A DNA stretch of 55,580 bases, filler included, from Platydemus manokwari (lineage: Eukaryota), in assembly GCA_037951405.1 (NCBI GenBank). It is 5 parts of 5 records of this genome, joined end to end, with 100 filler letters (N's around TTAATTAATTAA, not from the genome) between each part and the next. Parts side by side here need not be neighbours in the genome. Positions count along the whole stretch, not along the records: positions 44,053 to 55,580 come from JBBMOY010622215.1; 4 more parts are not named here. One strand, 5' to 3'. Shown here piece by piece: positions 51,101 to 55,580 of this stretch. The translations under genes and the position numbers were made by a program. The first letter of the stretch is position 1. Every line of letters begins with the position of its first letter. The notes under the pieces were generated by a model. The model worked only from the letters and a program-made list of their open reading frames with translations, was not told where the DNA came from and made no database searches.

Positions 51101-54100
51101 CTTTGCCGGAGGCATTTGTTGAGATGGAATGTCGGTTTTATTTGAACCCTAACCATTAAATCGACAATTTGTGAAATAAACTTCAATTTTAATCGGTTTT
51201 TTTAATATTATTCACCAATTATTAATACCAACTGTTAATTCATTAGACCTCCATCGTGTTCTATTCTTGACGCTTTCATCTTTGAGTCTATTTCTATTCT
51301 TAGATTTAACAATTTTAAGTTTTGAGAAGATTGATTCACAGGATAAATCGTTCTAAATACAGCTTTAATTTAAATTATCTGTTGTTTCTATTTTTGTAAA
51401 ATTGATTATATCGTATGTATATGTTTTCGATACCGGTTGATTATTGATTAAAACCATGTCTATGGATTTAATAGTTGAGTGAAGATACGGCAATTGTACT
51501 TATAAATCCACAGGCTTTATATCAAGGAAATAATGGAATATTCCTAGAAATTTAAAAATAACTTAATTGGGTCTCGAGTTACTTATGAAAATGAAATACA
51601 ATTGGTTCGACATTCTTAAATTGAAAATCAATACAAATCAATAAAAATCAAATTATTTTCAAAGATAGAGACGAATTAAACCAGATTTGTTTCTGCAACC
51701 ATTTCGATTAATATTGTAATGCGGATGTTTTACAAATCTATTTATAAATAATTTGAATAAATAAGGAATCAATCAATAGTGGTGTACGAATCAGATAATT
51801 CAATCAATAAATAAATTTACTCTCGTAAGCATATTAAATAATTTAGATTATAATTACCGTATTTTCCGGACTATAAAGCGCGCTTTGAAACAGATTTTTA
51901 AGATTTATTAAGGCTAGAATATTTTTAAAAAGATGTTGATGATGCTAATATAAGCGAATGTGATATTTTAGATGATGAAGTTCATTAAATCTTGCTATAG
52001 ATTTTTAATTTAATTTAATATATTAATCAGTCAACTAACTCATAGTTAGGGTGCGCATTATAGTCCGGAAAATACGGTATATATAAAGATGGATCTTTTT
52101 CGGATAACACTTTTAGTATAATTTGTGCTGTACGTGCTTATTACTGGCGAATTGGGAGTTTTTTTATTTATTGAATAATGATTTTACAAGTGATACGTGA
52201 TTAAATTCGATAAATAATTGGTTTTTATTAATGAATTTCGATCAAATAATGAAGTAAAGGTCGTTGAAACTATTCATTTTGATAATGACATTCGGTGAGG
52301 ATTTTCGAATCATTTTTTTCTAATATATTTCATCGAAAATAATAATGTTTCTCATACTATTTAAAATAAAAATCCGGAAATTGCATAAATATGAATGATG
52401 GCATCCTTTTGTATATCAATCATCATTAAATTCTATTGGGTAATATGAGTTGTACTTTATGGGAAAAGTCTACTGGAATAAATTTAGGGAGAAAATTCTT
52501 TTATTATTTATCTTTGTTTCGTTTAAAATTTTATTAAAAGTTGTTTTAGTGGAGTGAAATTGGAGTAATGTTAACATTTGTTTTTCATTGACTTTTATAA
52601 GTTTATGAAATTATTTGAGTTGCATATTATTTTTATCAATTTATGATAGTTGTTACCAGAATATTTTATCGAGAAATATCAAGATAAAATTGAAATATTT
52701 GATATGAATCAATATAAAATGTGATATTAATCAATTGTTTGAACTTAATTTATTTGATATACTCTATATTGGAATACACATGGAAACTACTGACAGTTTT
52801 TAGGTGGTCCCCATGACAATTTTTTAATTTGAAAAACCGCGTTATTTAGAATATTTAAACAAATCGAATACAGTAATAATATTGATTTGGTTATTTGGGA
52901 AATTCATAAAGAGGTCGTTCTTGTAAATGTTCTGCAATAATTATTCTTTAAGATAATCTTTAAACTTTTCATTGTTACAAATCAGATCAATGTTATAGCT
53001 ACCAACATATTAAAAACATTTCAAATACTAAATTAATATCATAAAACAATTATTAATTATCCGTTAAAACAATCAGCAATTGGTGAATTAATATCGAAAT
53101 TTGTGACTGGAGATCTGCAGAAAGACGTGAGAAAGAACTATTAGATTATACGACAAGCTGAAATGGTTTAATTTTAGTTTATTAAAAAGACTCCAATATA
53201 TTTGAACATCATTTAGAAACAACTACTGGAAATCCATTGAAAGAACAAATCGAGGTTTATAAGTTTGGGAAACATCAAAGTTTCGGCTGCAGAAGAGATC
53301 TTTTGCATTTTTTATTTATAAAAGGTGAACCATGTTCCGATCTTGTAAATATGATTAAAAGCGGAATCATGTGAAAATAAAATGATATCACTCGATAAAT
53401 TTATTTGGAAGATAGATTTTCGGGAATGGAATATATTATTAAAATATCTCTACAATATATTTGTGATCATGATGAGACTGTTTATGAAATAGCAAGATAT
53501 TTCGATCACAATAAATATCAGGCAATTATTGAAGAATCTCTCTTTTGCTCATCAATTGAACAGCATGTTTGAATACATTTATCAATAATTTTGGAGTTTT
53601 TCAACGGTTTCTCGTAAATTTCATGTCACCATTGCACACTCAAATGAAATTAATAAATAATAGCTGTTCATCGATATCTTTATATATTATCATTTTCTAT
53701 AATTTCTTTATAAATTTATCATGGTAAATGAATAGCAATAATGGACGTCTTTTAGCCAGAGTTCTTTGTATTTGTTTTCATTTAAATAGGAAATTCTTAT
53801 GACAAATATATATATATATGTGTGTGTGTGTGTGTATTTGAAATTTATCAAATTATCTTTTCTTGATCAATGAGAAAATTCACCGGTAAAAATATTGCTT
53901 TAACAATACGCAAAAGCAAAATAGATAATTTTCACTAATCTTTCAACGTATCAAATTTCCTAATTTCATATTTATTTTCCAATGAGTTCCGTCCAAGATT
54001 ATTTCATTGAAATTTACTAGCTCTTTATTCATGGTTGCTATCATTTGTTTATGATGTTATCTTAAATACTGAATTCGAAATGCTTATTAAAAACTGTTAA

Positions 54101-55294
54101 TTTTTTGTGAAATTGGATTTGTTAGCTTCTTTAACAGTAAAAAGATGCTATTATTATTTACTGTTATTACACAATATCACCGCTATTACCATTTATATTT
54201 ATTTTGCTATTGTTAGCTACCACTATTACACATAAGTATATTTAGTCGCGATGTTCAAACAAATTAAATCGATCATTTAAGTATTCATTGATTTTAAATT
54301 CCTTACCCGTGTGTATGTGTGATAATTTTTAAAATATTACTTGGAACAAAAAAGAAAATCAATAATATTTAAGGTATTATTGTGCATTTAATTATGCAGT
54401 TTTTCTATTGTAAAATTCAAAGGTGCCAAGCTTGGTGTGAAAAGTTAAAAAGTTAGCCCACCAAATTTTTTGACCACATTGATACACACATGATATTACT
54501 TTGGATTCACTTCACTTGTTCATATTATTGGTTCATAGTATTTATTATTATTTATTTATTTATTTATTCCGTTTTGAATTCAATTAATATTAATCGCTTG
54601 TTATCTGTGAAGATTGAAAGATATTTTGAATATAAAACTCTTTTATTTAAAGGAATTGATCAACAAAAAATTTGGATTACACACAGCCACGTATCTGTTA
54701 TTAGGCGAAAGATTGCGCATTCACAGACAAAGTTATCCACCGCTCAAGCAAGCTAGTAACAGCAACGATGGCTTTTATATTGCTCAACCGAAAAACAATT
54801 CCAATCCGATCAGATTCACCTCAGATTTCAATAAAATTCAACCATGTGGTCGGATTGATATTGTGGATATCAACAATACCGATTTAAAACGTGTTTCAAT
54901 GATTGAGAGAAACTATGTTCCTCATTTTGATCGAAGTTCACCTTATGAGAATATCATTGTGAGCTCTCAAGTGGAATTAGAACGGAATCATACAAACGAT
55001 CACAATTCTGATAATGAAATTGTTTCAAACAATTCGTATAAACCGTTTGTGATAACAGAATCGCCATTAAATACAAACTCTGTCGTCGTAGATGTTTTGG
55101 TTCCTCGTGATCAACCATTGAATGAGAAGAAAATGGAAAATCAGAATTATTCTTTAGCTTCATTTAATGTCATCGAAAATGGTCAATTTGTTCCAAAAAA
55201 TAGAACTAGCCATTCTCCAGAGTATGTACTTTCATATCCAAAAAGAACACTCATTCCTAGACCTAATTCCAACTTCGCAGTTAGTTATACATAA
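47873..55294 (+). CDS. SIK: SIK-family (AMPK-related) kinase, UBA and tail exons only: 47873-47944 and 54653-55294 (or ending at a possible donor after 55279); kinase exons not found in the window
   Basis: Spliced DCEFNEHSLQIMERCGLNRAEICE|ELINKKFGLHTATYLLLGERLRIHRQSYP aligns with SIK2 as remembered ([51 protein letters not shown]); phase-0 GT-AG sites; 6708-nt intron. Confidence 0.75.
48122..48157. repeat. (TA)n(TG)n compound microsatellite
   Basis: Read directly from the sequence. Confidence 0.95.
48395..48830. repeat. ~335-bp unit with ~100-bp direct terminal repeats (copy 2)
   Basis: AAAATTATATTAA.TTGTTTATATAATT...GTTCGTTTTC.ATGCGTG at ~48396 and ~48730; shares GGATTCGATTCT and TTTTAAAGAAAG...GATGTGA with copy 1. 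Confidence 0.75.
50608..51067 (+). mobile_element. Internally deleted pogo/Tc2-like DNA transposon
   Basis: SARYKLKVIEFAK (Brinker/pogo-type HTH start); inverted TGTATTAAG.C motifs at both ends; right end ...TTTACTG followed by a TA run. Confidence 0.55.
51857..52077. mobile_element. 221-bp MITE (Tc2/pogo-like TIRs, TA target duplication)
   Basis: Perfect 20-bp TIR CCGTATTTTCCGGACTATAA (27 bp with 2 mismatches), TA on both sides, internal acidic tail DVDDANISECDILDDEVH*. Confidence 0.92.
53806..53835. repeat. (TA)n(TG)n compound microsatellite
   Basis: Read directly from the sequence. Confidence 0.95.
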
Positions 55295-55580
55295 TTGATT
55301 AAAATTTTCATGTGATATCATGATTTGTTTTGAATTTTATTTGTTGTCTTGTAAGATAAGTTTCCTAATTAATCATTGTCTTTAAAGGTTCATAATTTAT
55401 TCTATTTGAATTACTGTGATTTATGCTGAGAAAAGTTTTATTGTGCCTGTGTTATATTATTACATCATTTTATAGAAAATTGACCGATTAATAATTAATC
55501 TACCTATTAGGCTGAGTCAAAAGTTATTCATGTTTTTTAGTTGTTTAAAGTTTTTGTTTTACCAAATCATTTAAACATAA

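Noticed and set aside
52790-53600. Possible DNA transposase relic (FVTGD)
   Set aside because: One short motif only, with no paired TIR.
1-55580. CRISPR array, rRNA, snRNA, spliced-leader gene or alternative genetic code
   Set aside because: No repeat-spacer array or recognisable RNA gene; the conserved genes translate cleanly in the standard code.

Overview
A very AT-rich animal (metazoan) genomic window made of five contigs joined by four artificial 100-nt spacers (N44-TTAATTAATTAA-N44). Genes I could splice together by hand: a complete 5-exon lamin ending in CaaX (- strand), the 5' half of THADA (-), an intronless RING-H2 ORF (+), an intronless endophilin-A (+), the 3' end of cytosolic Asn-tRNA synthetase plus a degenerate tandem copy of its last intron and exon (+), a complete UQCC1/Cbp3 (+), the N-terminal Cys-rich/PET part of a testin-like gene (+), two exons of a SIK-family kinase UBA/tail region split by a 6.7-kb intron (+), and a probable PDI/thioredoxin-like terminal exon (+). 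Most introns are tiny (39-62 nt). The rest is largely decayed transposons: two restriction-like-endonuclease (RLE) non-LTR retrotransposons, APE-type LINE relics, mariner, Tc1/rosa-like and pogo/Tc2-like elements, and MITEs. I found no convincing new multi-gene system. The best leads are a possible alternative terminal exon for AsnRS, a CaaX-only lamin micro-exon, two intronless genes sharing a CRE-TATA promoter layout, a phase-compatible PET-to-UBA junction across a gap, and structured repeats. All homology calls are from remembered motifs, not database searches.
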